A stretch of DNA of 61,857 nucleotides, counting the filler. It is 7 parts of 7 records of this genome, joined end to end, with 100 filler letters (N's around TTAATTAATTAA, not from the genome) between each part and the next. Parts side by side here need not be neighbours in the genome. Positions count along the whole stretch, not along the records: positions 37,684 to 47,503 come from SRR31156797_27598; positions 47,604 to 54,273 come from SRR31156797_27609; 5 more parts are not named here. The stretch is one strand, 5' to 3'. The notes under the pieces are model-generated. The model saw nothing but the letters and a program-made list of their open reading frames with translations. It was not told where the DNA came from and did no database searches. How positions within the stretch are numbered: the stretch's first letter is position 1; each line of letters opens with the position of its first letter. A program made the position numbers and the translations under genes. This document shows positions 37,684-48,814 of this stretch, piece by piece.

Positions 37684-39108
37684 ATTTGTTTGGAATGCTA
37701 TTTGGTCAATTACAGAAATAGCTTCACTAATAGCATCAACTTGCGTGTTTATTTCATCCATAGAAGTTGTTGTTTCAGTTGCAAGATTATGACCTTCTGT
37801 TGCAGACTTGGTAAGTTCATTTGCATAAGAAGACATTTTTATAATGTTGTTTGTGTTATTTGTAATATTTGCTGATATTTCTTCAAGAGCAGCAGCAGTT
37901 TCCTCAAGTCTTGCCGCTGCATCACTTGATGCACTACTTAGTCCTTCAACATTATTCAGAAGTAGGTTGGAACTTTTTTGAAGAGTCAAGCCTGTAGCTT
38001 TGCTTTCTGTTAACATTTGAGTTATCAATTTAGAAACATCTCTTAATGCTATTGCAATTTTTCCATTATCATTTTTAACTTCATCTTTAAAGTTTAATTC
38101 TCCAAAACTAATTAGTACATCTAATATTTTGTTAGTACTTCCTGCTATATTTGATTGTAAGTTTTCAAGCATTTCATTGAAGTTTTGTCTAAGAGCTTCA
38201 AGGTTTTCATTTTCAACTTTATTTTCAAATCTGTTAAATAGGTAACCTTTTTTTATCTCTTCAACCATAAGAGAAACTTCATTTAAAAATTTATTGTCAT
38301 CTTCAATCGATTTTTCAATAGTTTTAATGTTTGTGTTAACCACTTTTGCCATATTTGATATTTCATCATTGTTTTTTGCTTCAAGAAGTGGTGCAGAATC
38401 AATCTCTTTATTTAAATATTTAAAGAAACCATTAAGTCCTTCTTGGAAGTTATTAAGAGATTTTGTAATTCTAGAAATGATGTAATAAAACATAATAATA
38501 ATAAATATTGCAATAACTATACCTGTAATTATAGTTTGATATTCAGTAGTCTCAAGTGCTTCATAAATCTCTTTTGATTTTTCTTCATTTTCTTTTAAGT
38601 GTTGTTCTATCCAAATTTCAAGTTGAGATGAAAGTTTTTCTGCAAAAGGGTCAAGCTCTTCCATAACTTTATTTCCCTGTTCATGTCCATCTTTGATATA
38701 TGTATTTGCCATTCTTTTAGCAACAGAATAAAAAGATTTAAAGTTTTCTTTAAACTCTTCAATCTTTTCAACCATAACTGTATCACCCATCTCTTTGTGT
38801 TCATTGATAAGTTTATCTAAAGTTCCTAATCCGTTCTCATAGTATTTTTTTGCTTCATCAAATCCATCATCATACCCTTCTGCAGCTCTTGTTGCAGAAA
38901 TATCAGTTAACCATTGTTGTACTTGGATAACATTTTTTTCTAATATAAAGAAGTTAACAATTTGAGGTAAAATCTCATCTTCTTGTTCTTTTACACTGTT
39001 GTCTATGTCAAATATTTTTGTGGTGACTACAGTTACATTAATTGTATACACTATTACTAAAGTGCTAGCTATAGCAAATAGTAATTTTTTAATCGATAAA
39101 TTATTCAT
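37684..39108 (-). CDS. Methyl-accepting chemotaxis protein, 3' truncated
   Basis: Two TM segments, QVQQWLTDISATR sensor domain, LEETAAALEEI, IDQIAFQTN. Confidence 0.92.
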
Positions 39109-39393
39109 AGATTAAAATCCCTTCAATATTGTATTTAAATTGGAAGGAATTTTATCTAAATGATTTTAATAATAACTAAATTTGAGATGATTTTTTTATT
39201 GTTGGTTTTTACTTTATTTATATAGTTTCAAATAGTATGATTTTTTAAGTTTACTTATTTTGCTGTTATAGTGTCTTTTTGCTTTATTGTGAACTTTAAC
39301 AATTTCAAGATGAAACTTTTAAAATCATTTTCTGTTAAGACAAAAAAATAATATTTAAATTGCATATATAATTTTAAAATATTATTTTTGTTA

Positions 39394-40206
39394 TTAGTTT
39401 ATAAGTTTTTTGAAACTTTCCTCATAACAGCAATTATGTCTGGCTTTTGTAGTGATTGTAAATATTTTTGATTTGTCTTTAAATTTTGCAATAAAAGAAT
39501 CTAAAATCTCTTTTGGAATCACTCTATCTTCACTGCCTATAAGATGGTATTGTTTTATACCTTGAAGTTTATTTGTATAGTTTATAGGGTTTAGACCTTT
39601 TAGCGGGCTTATATTATGATAATTTGTCCATAATGAAGTATTTAGATTACCTGCAATAGTTATAAGAGTTTTAACATCACTTCTATTTGCAGAAAGTATA
39701 GTTGCAATAGCTGCTCCACCACTAAAACCAATCAAATTAAAGGTTTTGTTTTTTGTATTAGTTTTGATGTTTTCAAGCACTTCATTTGAAGCATTTATAA
39801 TCTTTTCACTAAATCTATAACTTGTCCAATCTTTTTTTGAACATAAACTATCTTTTGTGTATTGGCAAACTCTAGCTATATATATTGAGCAGTTTGAAAT
39901 ATCAGTTAACATCAGTTTAAATGCAATAGGATTTAAAGGAGTAGGGTTGCTAGATATCTTACTTCTAGTTATCCAAGCTAAACCATCACCTTCAAAATAA
40001 ATATTTATATTTTCACAAGTGTTTTTTATGTTGCTTATAGTAAAAAATTTGTAAGTTGATGTATTTATAGTTTGTGTTTTATAGTTTTGGGGAGTGATGT
40101 TTTTTATGTTGTTTAATCTCTCTTCTAAAGTTGGGATATTTCTTGAACATCCGCTTAGAAAAATAAGTACTAGCAGAATGAAAGAGGTATAATATTTGAT
40201 TTTCAT
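39394..40206 (-). CDS. Alpha/beta hydrolase lipoprotein
   Basis: LSGC lipobox, YFEGDG, GFSGG nucleophile elbow. Confidence 0.85.
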   Translation of the reverse strand: MKIKYYTSFILLVLIFLSGCSRNIPTLEERLNNIKNITPQNYKTQTINTSTYKFFTISNIKNTCENINIYFEGDGLAWITRSKISSNPTPLNPIAFKLMLTDISNCSIYIARVCQYTKDSLCSKKDWTSYRFSEKIINASNEVLENIKTNTKNKTFNLIGFSGGAAIATILSANRSDVKTLITIAGNLNTSLWTNYHNISPLKGLNPINYTNKLQGIKQYHLIGSEDRVIPKEILDSFIAKFKDKSKIFTITTKARHNCCYEESFKKLIN

Positions 40207-40248
40207 ATTAGAAGTATATCAAAAAGAGGTGACTTCTTTTTATAAAAC

Positions 40249-40980
40249 CTACTTAAAGGATTGGGCTAGGTTTCCAATAATCAATGCCCAACCATCAATT
40301 ACTATAAAAAATATGATTTTAATAGGTAAGGATATCATTACTGGTGGAAGCATCATCATCCCTAGAGACATCAAGATAGAAGCCACAATAATATCAATAA
40401 CTAAAAATGGTAAAAAGATAAGAAAACCTATCTCAAAAGCTGTTTTAAGTTCACTCACAACAAAAGATGGCATTAAAAGTGTCATTGGAACATCATCTAT
40501 ATTTTTTGGATTTTCCTCTTTTTTTATTCTATAAAAAAGAGCCAAGTCCTCTTCTCTTGTATTTTTTATCATAAACTCTTTAAAAGGTTTAACACCTCTT
40601 TCAAAAGCTTGTTCGTAACTGATAGTTTCATTCATATATGGCTGAACACCATCTTCCCATGCTTTTTTTGCATAAGGTTCCATAATAAAAATAGTTAAAA
40701 TCAATGATAATGAAATAATAATCTGATTTGGTGGAGTTGTTTGTAAACCCATTGCTTGTCTAAGTAGTGAAAATACAATAATAAGTCTAGTAAAACTTGT
40801 AATCATAAGTAATAGCGTTGGAGCTAAAACTAGTAAAATAAGAACAATTGCTATGTTGATAGTTTTTACAAATTGTGTTGGTTGTTCTAACGATGCAACC
40901 GATAAGTTTATTAATGGTGCTTGCTCTTGTGCAGCCAAAAATGTAAATGTAAAAAATAATAAAGTAATGATAAATTTCAA
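40249..40980 (-). CDS. fliP: Flagellar export gate protein FliP
   Basis: TSFTR, TPPNQ, SELKTAF, LGMMMLPP. Confidence 0.97.
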   Translation of the reverse strand: MKFIITLLFFTFTFLAAQEQAPLINLSVASLEQPTQFVKTINIAIVLILLVLAPTLLLMITSFTRLIIVFSLLRQAMGLQTTPPNQIIISLSLILTIFIMEPYAKKAWEDGVQPYMNETISYEQAFERGVKPFKEFMIKNTREEDLALFYRIKKEENPKNIDDVPMTLLMPSFVVSELKTAFEIGFLIFLPFLVIDIIVASILMSLGMMMLPPVMISLPIKIIFFIVIDGWALIIGNLAQSFK

Positions 40981-41046
40981 GCAATATCCTCGATTAAAGT
41001 AGAAGGAATAATATCTAAACTATTATTAATAAGATATAATAAACTC

Positions 41047-42825
41047 TTATTTTGTTTTTTTGATATATCCTAGTTCTTCGAGTTTATTATATATTTTAGT
41101 TATTACTTGACCCGCTGCACTACCACCGTGTCCCCCATGTTCTACAAGCATACTAACAACATACTTAGGGTTTTTGTATGGCCCATAAGTTGTTAACCAA
41201 GCATGAGATCTATGATAATATTTAAGCTCACTCTCTTTCATTCTTACTTTTTCAGATTGAGGTATAGTTACAACTTGAGCAGTACCTGTTTTCCCTGCAA
41301 GAGTTACTTTTGAACTTCTTACATGGTAGTATGCAGTACCTTTTTTCTTATTCATAACATCATACATACCTTCTCTTACTAGTTTCATATAACTATCTTT
41401 AAACTCAATAGATTTTGGTTCTATATAGTTTAGTTTAGAAAAGTGTGGTCTAGGTAGTTTACCTGTAGCAATAAATGCAGTATATCTTGCAATTTGCATT
41501 GGTGTCACAGTCATATACCCTTGTCCAATTGAAGCATTAATAGTATCTCCAATATACCAAGGTTGTTTGTATTTTTCTTGTTTCCAGTCTTTATTTGGGT
41601 TTGTAGCATAAAACTCATTATTTAAATCAATACCTGTTTCAACACCAATACCAATTTTTTCTAAAGTTTTTGAGATTTTGTTAATCCCTACTTGCAAACT
41701 TCCTTTATAAAAGAAGTCATCGCAACTTTCACGAATTGCTTTTCTAAATCCAACTCTACCGTGACCTGTTGCTTTCCAACATCTAAACTTTCTTTTCCCA
41801 ATTTGGATTGAACCACTATCAAATACTTCATAGTTTGGTTTTATTCCATTTTCTAAAAATGACAGAGCAATTCCCATTTTGATAGTTGAACCAGGAGGAT
41901 AAATCCCATTTATCAATTTATTTGTAAAGGGATGGTTGAAGTCATTTCTTAATTTATCCCATTCTTCCACAGAGATACCATCAACAAAAATATTGTTATC
42001 AAATTCAGGGTATGAACCAGCGGCTAAAAGTTCTCCATTATTTGCATCCATAACTATGATTGTTCCACTGTTACCTTCAAAAAGAGTTTGAATATATTCT
42101 TGAAGTCTAATATCAATTGATATTTGCAGATTATTGTCTGATGATGGGTCTTTTTCATCTAGTACTTCTATCTCTTTATTTAGTGCATTTACTTTAACAA
42201 TCTTTTCTCCAAGTGTTCCTTGAAGTTTATTGTTGTAAAATTTTTCTAAACCATTTTTACCAATAATTCCACTATATTTAGAAAAATCATTATTTTCTAC
42301 ATCTGTTTTGGAAGCTTTCCCTACATATCCAATAAGGTGAGATGCTACTTTTTTATATGGGTATATTCTTTTGACTTCAGGATTGATTTTTACATCATCA
42401 TTAGAATTAAAAAGTGTATATTTATCAAAAAAATCATCATACGGAATAAACTCAATAATTTTTACAAAATCATGTTTATAGTTTGAGTCAAGTTTTTTGT
42501 ACTCTTTGTATAAATCCTCTTTTGAGTGTTGGGGAAAATGTTTGTTTATTAAAGTTATTAACTCATCAAGTTTCTTTTTGTTTTTATATGACCTTAAATG
42601 TGGTCTTAAGTTTATAGAAAAACCTAGCTTATTCATGGCTAATGGTACACCATTTCTATCTTTTATAATCCCTCTATTTGGAACTTTATAGATTTTTTTG
42701 ATGTAGTTTCTTTTTGATAACTCTTCATAATATGTATTTGATTTAATACTAAGGAAATAAATCCTAGCAAGAAGTGTTATAAGTACAATAATAATAAGTA
42801 TAAAAATTAGATTTAGTCGTTTCAT
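41047..42825 (-). CDS. mrdA: Penicillin-binding protein 2
   Basis: PGSTIK (SxxK), SCD, GKTGTAQ. Confidence 0.95.
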   Translation of the reverse strand: MKRLNLIFILIIIVLITLLARIYFLSIKSNTYYEELSKRNYIKKIYKVPNRGIIKDRNGVPLAMNKLGFSINLRPHLRSYKNKKKLDELITLINKHFPQHSKEDLYKEYKKLDSNYKHDFVKIIEFIPYDDFFDKYTLFNSNDDVKINPEVKRIYPYKKVASHLIGYVGKASKTDVENNDFSKYSGIIGKNGLEKFYNNKLQGTLGEKIVKVNALNKEIEVLDEKDPSSDNNLQISIDIRLQEYIQTLFEGNSGTIIVMDANNGELLAAGSYPEFDNNIFVDGISVEEWDKLRNDFNHPFTNKLINGIYPPGSTIKMGIALSFLENGIKPNYEVFDSGSIQIGKRKFRCWKATGHGRVGFRKAIRESCDDFFYKGSLQVGINKISKTLEKIGIGVETGIDLNNEFYATNPNKDWKQEKYKQPWYIGDTINASIGQGYMTVTPMQIARYTAFIATGKLPRPHFSKLNYIEPKSIEFKDSYMKLVREGMYDVMNKKKGTAYYHVRSSKVTLAGKTGTAQVVTIPQSEKVRMKESELKYYHRSHAWLTTYGPYKNPKYVVSMLVEHGGHGGSAAGQVITKIYNKLEELGYIKKTK

Positions 42826-43262
42826 ATAAATAGTCCAAATATTACAAAGTCTATAATTAAATTTATAAGTAGAGTATAGTTTAGTTGTGCCGTTACATCA
42901 TTGTTAAATGACCACATAATATATATACCTAAATAGAAAACAGCCATATAAATATATGCATTTAAAGAACTAAATGTAAGAACTCTTCTTATATAAGGTG
43001 CAATAAAAATGTATAAAAAAGAAGATAAAAGTGTTAAAGAAAATATTTTAAACCCATTGTTTATTTCTATTAAACAAAAAGTCAAAATAACTAACATTGT
43101 TGAGTAATAAAACTTTCTTTTCAAAGAAACAAAAAAAGCCATAAACAGTAAACCTAAGAATAGAAGTGGAAAAAAGTGTGTAGACGAAAGGATATTAACT
43201 GATACAGCAAAAATACATAGAGAAAATATAAAAATTGGATTGTCAAGATTATTGATTTTCAT
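42822..43262 (-). CDS. MreD-like membrane protein
   Basis: Polytopic, overlaps the start of mrdA. Confidence 0.65.
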   Translation of the reverse strand: MKINNLDNPIFIFSLCIFAVSVNILSSTHFFPLLFLGLLFMAFFVSLKRKFYYSTMLVILTFCLIEINNGFKIFSLTLLSSFLYIFIAPYIRRVLTFSSLNAYIYMAVFYLGIYIMWSFNNDVTAQLNYTLLINLIIDFVIFGLFI

Positions 43263-43317
43263 TTATTGCCAGTCTTATTTTTTGAAGGATTATAATATAA
43301 TTGAACTTACATTAATC

Positions 43318-43608
43318 TCAATAATCTTCTCTTTTGTTTTTTTGTTTTGATGTTAAATCATAAATAAATGCAAATATCTCAGCAACTGCTTTATACATAC
43401 TATCTGGAATCTCTTTATCAATGTCAATTGCAGATAAAAGTTCTATTAAATCCTCATCTTTTTTTATTGGGATTTCATTTTCTTGTGCTACTTTTATAAT
43501 GTTTTTTGCAACAGCTCCCGTACCTTTAGCAACAACTTTCGGTGCAGAGTCATTCTCAATATCATACCCTAATGCAGCAGCTTTTTTTATACTATTTTTA
43601 TCTGCCAT
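43318..43608 (-). CDS. FlhB C-terminal-like (EscU/YscU/HrcU family) protein
   Basis: AAALGYD..APKVVAKG, EIP...YKAVAEI. Confidence 0.9.
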   Translation of the reverse strand: MADKNSIKKAAALGYDIENDSAPKVVAKGTGAVAKNIIKVAQENEIPIKKDEDLIELLSAIDIDKEIPDSMYKAVAEIFAFIYDLTSKQKNKREDY

Positions 43609-43609
43609 T

Positions 43610-45598
43610 TTAAACCCTTATATCCAATCCCATACTTATTTCTTGATTTTGTCCATAAGAGTTTGTAGGTGTTGGTTCTTTTTTGTTTGTTTCTTTAGGT
43701 ATTTCTATTATTTTTAAGCTAGTTGGTATAAGGTCAACTTTATTTAATGCTTGTTTTAGTTTTGTACTATTTTCTCTAAAAGTTTTTTTGAAATCTTCGT
43801 TTGAAACATATACCGTAATATCAAGCTTGTTTTTATCATACATTGATAATAATAATTGAGTTTGACCAAACTCTTTTAAAGACAAGTTTATCTCACAATA
43901 AAATCTTTCTTCATCAAGTTTTTTCATTGAGATTGAGCCTTCGTCTAACATATCCCAAATAAAAGGTATATAAACATTGTTGCTGTTTGAAACAGTTGAT
44001 AAAAGTTGGTGATATTCTATTTGAGTTATGATTCTATCTATTTGTTTAGATGTATCTAAAGAGTTTGTATCTGTTTTACCTTGTAAATCCCCTTGCATTT
44101 GAAGTAAAACTGCTTTCATATCGTGTTGAAGATTGCTGTTTGGGTTTGCTTTATCTGCTAATGCAGGGTTATTGATAAGTGAGTTTGCTATAGTTTCTAG
44201 TTTATCAATATTTTTGAATATTGTATTTTGAAGATTCAAGTTATCTTGACTTGATGAAAGGTTTACAATACTCTCTTTTAGATTTAAAACCAATTCATTT
44301 AAGTTGTTTGCAAAGTTACTTTGAAAATTAGTGTTTTGAGTGTTTTGAAGATTGTTTAGTTCTAAAGGTATATCAACTTTTGAAAACAGATTTTGTATAT
44401 TTAAAAGCTTGTCTATTATTTGGTTTATAAGCTTTGTATCAACATTTGTGATTGAGGAAACTTCACTTTTAAGACTTAAAAGAGTTTGTTGAATATTGTT
44501 CATTAAGTCGTTTTTTTCAACTTGAACATTTTGATTTTGTAAAACTTGACTTTGTAAATTTGTTAACGATTCTGTCTGTGTTTTTAGGTTGTTTACAAGA
44601 TTTGAGATATTTGTGTTTTGTTCAGAAACTTGTTTTGTACTATCTAGTTGAGTTAATTGTGTTAATAGATTTTTAACATCCATTTGTGAAGTGTTTTTAT
44701 TGAATAAATCTTTTGTTTGAATCAAAGTATCAATTTGTTTTATCAAAGATTGACTGTTTGGGATTGTATTGTTTTGTTGAATCTCTGCTCGTAACTGAAA
44801 TAGAGTATCAAGTGTTTTGTTTAAAATTGTTTGTTTATCTTGAACCAAAGTTTGTTGGTTGTTGTTTATTTGTCCTTGGTTTGAAAAATTTTGAATCTTT
44901 GATTCTAAAAGTTGCCCATCATCACTAATAGTTTTTAAAGAGTTAGTTAAATTACTTAGATTTGAAAGTTGGGTATCGCTTAAACCTTTTGACAAACTTT
45001 GAAGTTGAGTAATCAAATCTTTTATTTGGGTTGTTATATTTTCAGTTCCAACTTTTGAAGGGGTTGCTTGTAGTAACTTATCAATTGATGCAGATATGTT
45101 TTTAGCTTCTAAAGTAGGAATATCTTGTAATAATGTTTTTATTTGTGTTAAAAGGTTTTCAAAATTTTTAGGTAAATTTGAAGTTACATTACCTTGATTT
45201 AAAGCTTTTGATTCTAAAAAAACTCCAGATTTAGCGATAAGTTCTTTTAATTGGTTATTGTCTAGTTTACTAATATCTTTTGCAAAGTTTTCAAGCATTG
45301 GTTTATATTTGTCGAAAGATGAATCTAATTGTTCCATAAGAGTTGAAATAGATTTAGAGAAACTTCCAAACTCTTTAAATACATTTGAGTTTTTTAAAAG
45401 TTGTTCAATATTAGACTTATTTTTATCACCTGATTTCAAATCATCAAATAAGTTTTTTAATATATCCCCAACAGAAGTTGTACCTTTTGCAAGGTTTTCT
45501 AATGTTTTTGCATCGGCATTTTTTAGTGTCTCTTTTAGAACATTATTATCATTTGGTAGTAGTATATTTAACAAATTGTTGTTACTTGAAACTATCAT
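43610..45598 (-). CDS. Flagellar hook-length control FliK-like protein
   Basis: N/Q/L-rich body, FliK_C-like C-terminus (CEINLSLKEFG), adjacent to FlhB-like gene. Confidence 0.7.
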   Translation of the reverse strand: MIVSSNNNLLNILLPNDNNVLKETLKNADAKTLENLAKGTTSVGDILKNLFDDLKSGDKNKSNIEQLLKNSNVFKEFGSFSKSISTLMEQLDSSFDKYKPMLENFAKDISKLDNNQLKELIAKSGVFLESKALNQGNVTSNLPKNFENLLTQIKTLLQDIPTLEAKNISASIDKLLQATPSKVGTENITTQIKDLITQLQSLSKGLSDTQLSNLSNLTNSLKTISDDGQLLESKIQNFSNQGQINNNQQTLVQDKQTILNKTLDTLFQLRAEIQQNNTIPNSQSLIKQIDTLIQTKDLFNKNTSQMDVKNLLTQLTQLDSTKQVSEQNTNISNLVNNLKTQTESLTNLQSQVLQNQNVQVEKNDLMNNIQQTLLSLKSEVSSITNVDTKLINQIIDKLLNIQNLFSKVDIPLELNNLQNTQNTNFQSNFANNLNELVLNLKESIVNLSSSQDNLNLQNTIFKNIDKLETIANSLINNPALADKANPNSNLQHDMKAVLLQMQGDLQGKTDTNSLDTSKQIDRIITQIEYHQLLSTVSNSNNVYIPFIWDMLDEGSISMKKLDEERFYCEINLSLKEFGQTQLLLSMYDKNKLDITVYVSNEDFKKTFRENSTKLKQALNKVDLIPTSLKIIEIPKETNKKEPTPTNSYGQNQEISMGLDIRV

Positions 45599-45605
45599 AA
45601 GTTAT

Positions 45606-45614
45606 AGTATATCA
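45606..45614 (-). promoter_or_regulatory. Extended -10 promoter, probable leaderless transcript
   Basis: TG-A-TATACT ends 7 nt before ATG 45598; no SD. Confidence 0.55.
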
Positions 45615-45633
45615 TAAATTTTACAATTATTAA

Positions 45634-45662
45634 TTGACAACAAATTTTATTTTAAGTAAAAT
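45634..45662 (+). promoter_or_regulatory. Sigma70 promoter for the fliW operon
   Basis: TTGACA, 17 nt, TAAAAT. Confidence 0.65.
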
Positions 45663-45686
45663 CAAACAACTTTACAAAGGAAGGAT

Positions 45687-46061
45687 ATGGGGTTTAAAGT
45701 AGTTATACCAATTGATGGTTGTGAAAATGAAACTGAATTTGAATTATCAAAATTAGATGACTTCTTCTCTATAATCACTGGCATTGAGACAGGTGTATCT
45801 CTAAGACTTATGAGTTTTGGTGCACTAAAATCATTGGCTTTTGAATTCCCAGAAGACTTTAAAAATAAATTAGAAATTGAAAGTTTAGAAGATATTTCAA
45901 TTTTTTATATCTTTGTATTACAATCTCAGGTATCTGATTCTTCGATGAATATTTTCTCACCTATTATAATAAACAATAAAACAATGAAAATGGGACAGAT
46001 TCATCTTAACTTAGAAGAATTAGGATTAGAAAGCCTGAATAATATCTTACCAAATTTTTAA
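45687..46061 (+). CDS. fliW: Flagellar assembly factor FliW (divergent)
   Basis: PIDG.E...F.L...DD.F start and MNIFSPIIIN...MGQI end. Confidence 0.7.
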   Translation: MGFKVVIPIDGCENETEFELSKLDDFFSIITGIETGVSLRLMSFGALKSLAFEFPEDFKNKLEIESLEDISIFYIFVLQSQVSDSSMNIFSPIIINNKTMKMGQIHLNLEELGLESLNNILPNF

Positions 46062-46081
46062 AATACTATAAAAGGTTTTAT

Positions 46082-46429
46082 ATGGAAAAAATAGTTATAT
46101 GGCATAATCCAAGATGCTCAAAATCAAGGGATGCTTTAAAATATTTAGAGGAAAAAAATATTGATTTAGAAGTTGTGAAGTATTTAGATGAAACACCTTC
46201 AAAAGAGCAACTAAAAGAGACTTTAAAACTTTTAGGTTTAGAAGCTAAAGAGCTAATGAGAACAAAAGAAGACTTATATAAACAACTAAATTTGAAAGAA
46301 GAAACTTCAGAAGAAAAACTAATCGAAGCAATGGCAAAGAATCCAAAGCTAATCGAAAGACCAGTTATAATAAATGGCAATAAAGCAGTTATTGCAAGAC
46401 CTTTAGAAAATATTGATAAGATAATTTAG
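46082..46429 (+). CDS. arsC: Arsenate reductase (glutaredoxin)/ArsC family
   Basis: HNPRCSKSR, LIERP, IARP. Confidence 0.88.
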   Translation: MEKIVIWHNPRCSKSRDALKYLEEKNIDLEVVKYLDETPSKEQLKETLKLLGLEAKELMRTKEDLYKQLNLKEETSEEKLIEAMAKNPKLIERPVIINGNKAVIARPLENIDKII

Positions 46430-46430
46430 T

Positions 46431-46784
46431 ATGCATGAAAAACAGTTAAGAATTAGATATATTAGAGTTCTTGAAAAGTTTTTTACAAGAACTGTATCTT
46501 TGTTAAAACTTGAAGATTTTAATCATGAAATGTTTAAAGAAAGAACATTAAAAAACTATGAAGATATAAAAAAAGTAAAAGCAGTAGATTTAAACTCACA
46601 ATATTTAACAGAACTTATTGCTTTTATCAATAAAACCTTATCTTATCTAGAAGCACACAGTGAAAGCTTTGAAAATGAGCGAAATATATTATTAAAAGAT
46701 GCAAATCTTTTACAAAAAGAGAAGAAAAGAAATACATATAGAAAAGATAAACATAAAAAATCAAAATTTGATGATGGCTATTAA
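46431..46784 (+). CDS. Hypothetical protein
   Basis: Operonic ORF with basic C-terminus. Confidence 0.7.
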   Translation: MHEKQLRIRYIRVLEKFFTRTVSLLKLEDFNHEMFKERTLKNYEDIKKVKAVDLNSQYLTELIAFINKTLSYLEAHSESFENERNILLKDANLLQKEKKRNTYRKDKHKKSKFDDGY

Positions 46785-47503
46785 TGGCTGAAAAGAATGA
46801 ACTAGAAACTACTGAAAAACTTTTTAATCTATCTGGCGTTTTAAAAAAAGTATTATATAAAAATGAAGATACAAAATTCATAATCGCAGTTATGGATAAT
46901 AACCAAAAAATATGTGGTACATATTTTGATACAGATATTGAAAAAGTAGTAGGTGAAGAGATACTTTTAAAAGGAAACTGGGAAACACACAAAAAATATG
47001 GAGTGCAGTTTCATTTCCAAACTTTAGAGTTAAAAGAAGCAGAAATATTCTTTTTTTTAACAAAAATTGTAAAAGGTATTGGGGCAAAGTTTGCCCATGA
47101 ACTACTTGAAAAATATACAGAAGATGAACTTGTAGAGATTTTAAATAATAACCCAAGTGAACTACTTCAGTTTAAAGGTATCAAAGAGAAAAAGCTAGAT
47201 AAAATAGTTGCTTCTTGGAACAAATTTAAACACCTAAGAGAGTTAGGTTCATTTCTTTCTAAGTTTGGAGTAACATCAACACTGATAAATAAGATTTATT
47301 CCCACTTTAGTGAAGTTGATGATTTGATTGAGAAGATAAAGAAAAATCCATATATTTTGATAAGTATTAAAGGAATAGGATTTAAAAGGGCTGATGAAAT
47401 AGCAAAATCTTTAGGTATTGACCCTAAATCTGATTTTAGAATAAATGCTTGTATTACTTATACTTTGAGAGAATTTTGTGATAACAATGGAAACTCTTCA
47501 ATT
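46784..47503 (+). CDS. recD2: RecD2-like helicase N-terminus, 3' truncated
   Basis: W.THKKYG.QF, KGIG HhH motifs, NPY.L..IKGIGFKRAD.IA. Confidence 0.85.
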
Positions 47504-47603
47504 NNNNNNNNNNNNNNNNNNNNNNNNNNNNNNNNNNNNNNNNNNNNTTAATTAATTAANNNNNNNNNNNNNNNNNNNNNNNNNNNNNNNNNNNNNNNNN
47601 NNN
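47504..47603. other. Artificial contig linker
   Basis: 44 N + TTAATTAATTAA + 44 N. Confidence 0.98.
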
Positions 47604-47785
47604 CATCATCAAAGATCCGAGAGTTTCTAAAGAAATAGTTTTTGGTCGCTGCTTTTTTATGTCATATTGTCAAATTGCCTTTTTGGCAACTATCTTTCAA
47701 GCTTCAACCATTTGAAAAGATTGACTTTCATCATTGGAACAGTTATTGCTCTATACGTTTGTTATTTTTGATTTGAGGGGACAGC

Positions 47786-48814
47786 ATGGAAAGAAAGTTC
47801 AACGTTGCAGTTGTGGGAGCAACAGGTGTTGTTGGCAGGGAATTTATAAACCTGCTTGACGAAAAAGAATTTCCTGTCGAAGAGCTTTTTCCTTTTGCGA
47901 GTGAAAGATCTTTAGGTGAAACAGTCAGATATAGAAAAAGAGACAGAGATATCATCGTTCTAAACAAGGAAGAAGTTATCTCCAGAAAGATTGATATAGC
48001 TTTTTTCAGTGCAGGGTCCGCAGTTTCAAAAGAAATGGCAGACCTTTTTGTCAAGAACAACTGCTATGTTATCGACAACAGTTCAGCTTTTAGAATGAAT
48101 AAAGACGTTCCGCTGGTTGTTCCGGAAGTTAATGGACATGTTTTAAAAAAGCTTAAAAAGCCAACCATTATTGCTAACCCTAACTGCTCAACCATACAGA
48201 TGGTGCCGTTCTTAAAGATACTTGATGACAACTTTGAACTTAAATCTGTTACTGTAAGCACTTATCAAAGCGTTAGCGGTGCAGGGAAAAAAGGAATAGA
48301 TGAATTGAGAACACAGATCTCAATGCTATTTAATGCAAAACATGTTGAACCTGTTGTGTTCCCACAGAGAATAGCTTTTAACGTCATTCCACAAATTGGC
48401 AACTTCTATCCTGATGGATACTGTGAAGAAGAAATGAAAATGATAAACGAAACTAAAAAGATCCTTCAGAACGAAGAGCTTGATGTTGAAGTTACAACTG
48501 TCCGTGTACCAACATTTTACTCGCACGGAGAAACAGTTGTCGCCAACACCGTTGATGACATTGATCTTGAACTTTTAAGAAAAGAGATCGATGAACACGA
48601 AGAAATGGTTCTGATGGATGATACCGAAAACCTTCTTTACCCCACCATGCTTGACAGTTCAGGAAAAAATGAGGTTTTTATAGGAAGATTAAGAACCGGT
48701 ATCGGTAACAAAAAAAGGATCAATGCCTGGATAGTTGCGGACAACATTAGGAAAGGTGCCGCATATAACGGCTTGAGAATAGCAGAACAAATAATCGGGG
48801 GTATAAATGAATAG
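47786..48814 (+). CDS. asd: Aspartate-semialdehyde dehydrogenase
   Basis: VGATGVVG, DNSSAFR, ANPNCST, QSVSGAG, DNIRKGAA. Confidence 0.97.
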   Translation: MERKFNVAVVGATGVVGREFINLLDEKEFPVEELFPFASERSLGETVRYRKRDRDIIVLNKEEVISRKIDIAFFSAGSAVSKEMADLFVKNNCYVIDNSSAFRMNKDVPLVVPEVNGHVLKKLKKPTIIANPNCSTIQMVPFLKILDDNFELKSVTVSTYQSVSGAGKKGIDELRTQISMLFNAKHVEPVVFPQRIAFNVIPQIGNFYPDGYCEEEMKMINETKKILQNEELDVEVTTVRVPTFYSHGETVVANTVDDIDLELLRKEIDEHEEMVLMDDTENLLYPTMLDSSGKNEVFIGRLRTGIGNKKRINAWIVADNIRKGAAYNGLRIAEQIIGGINE

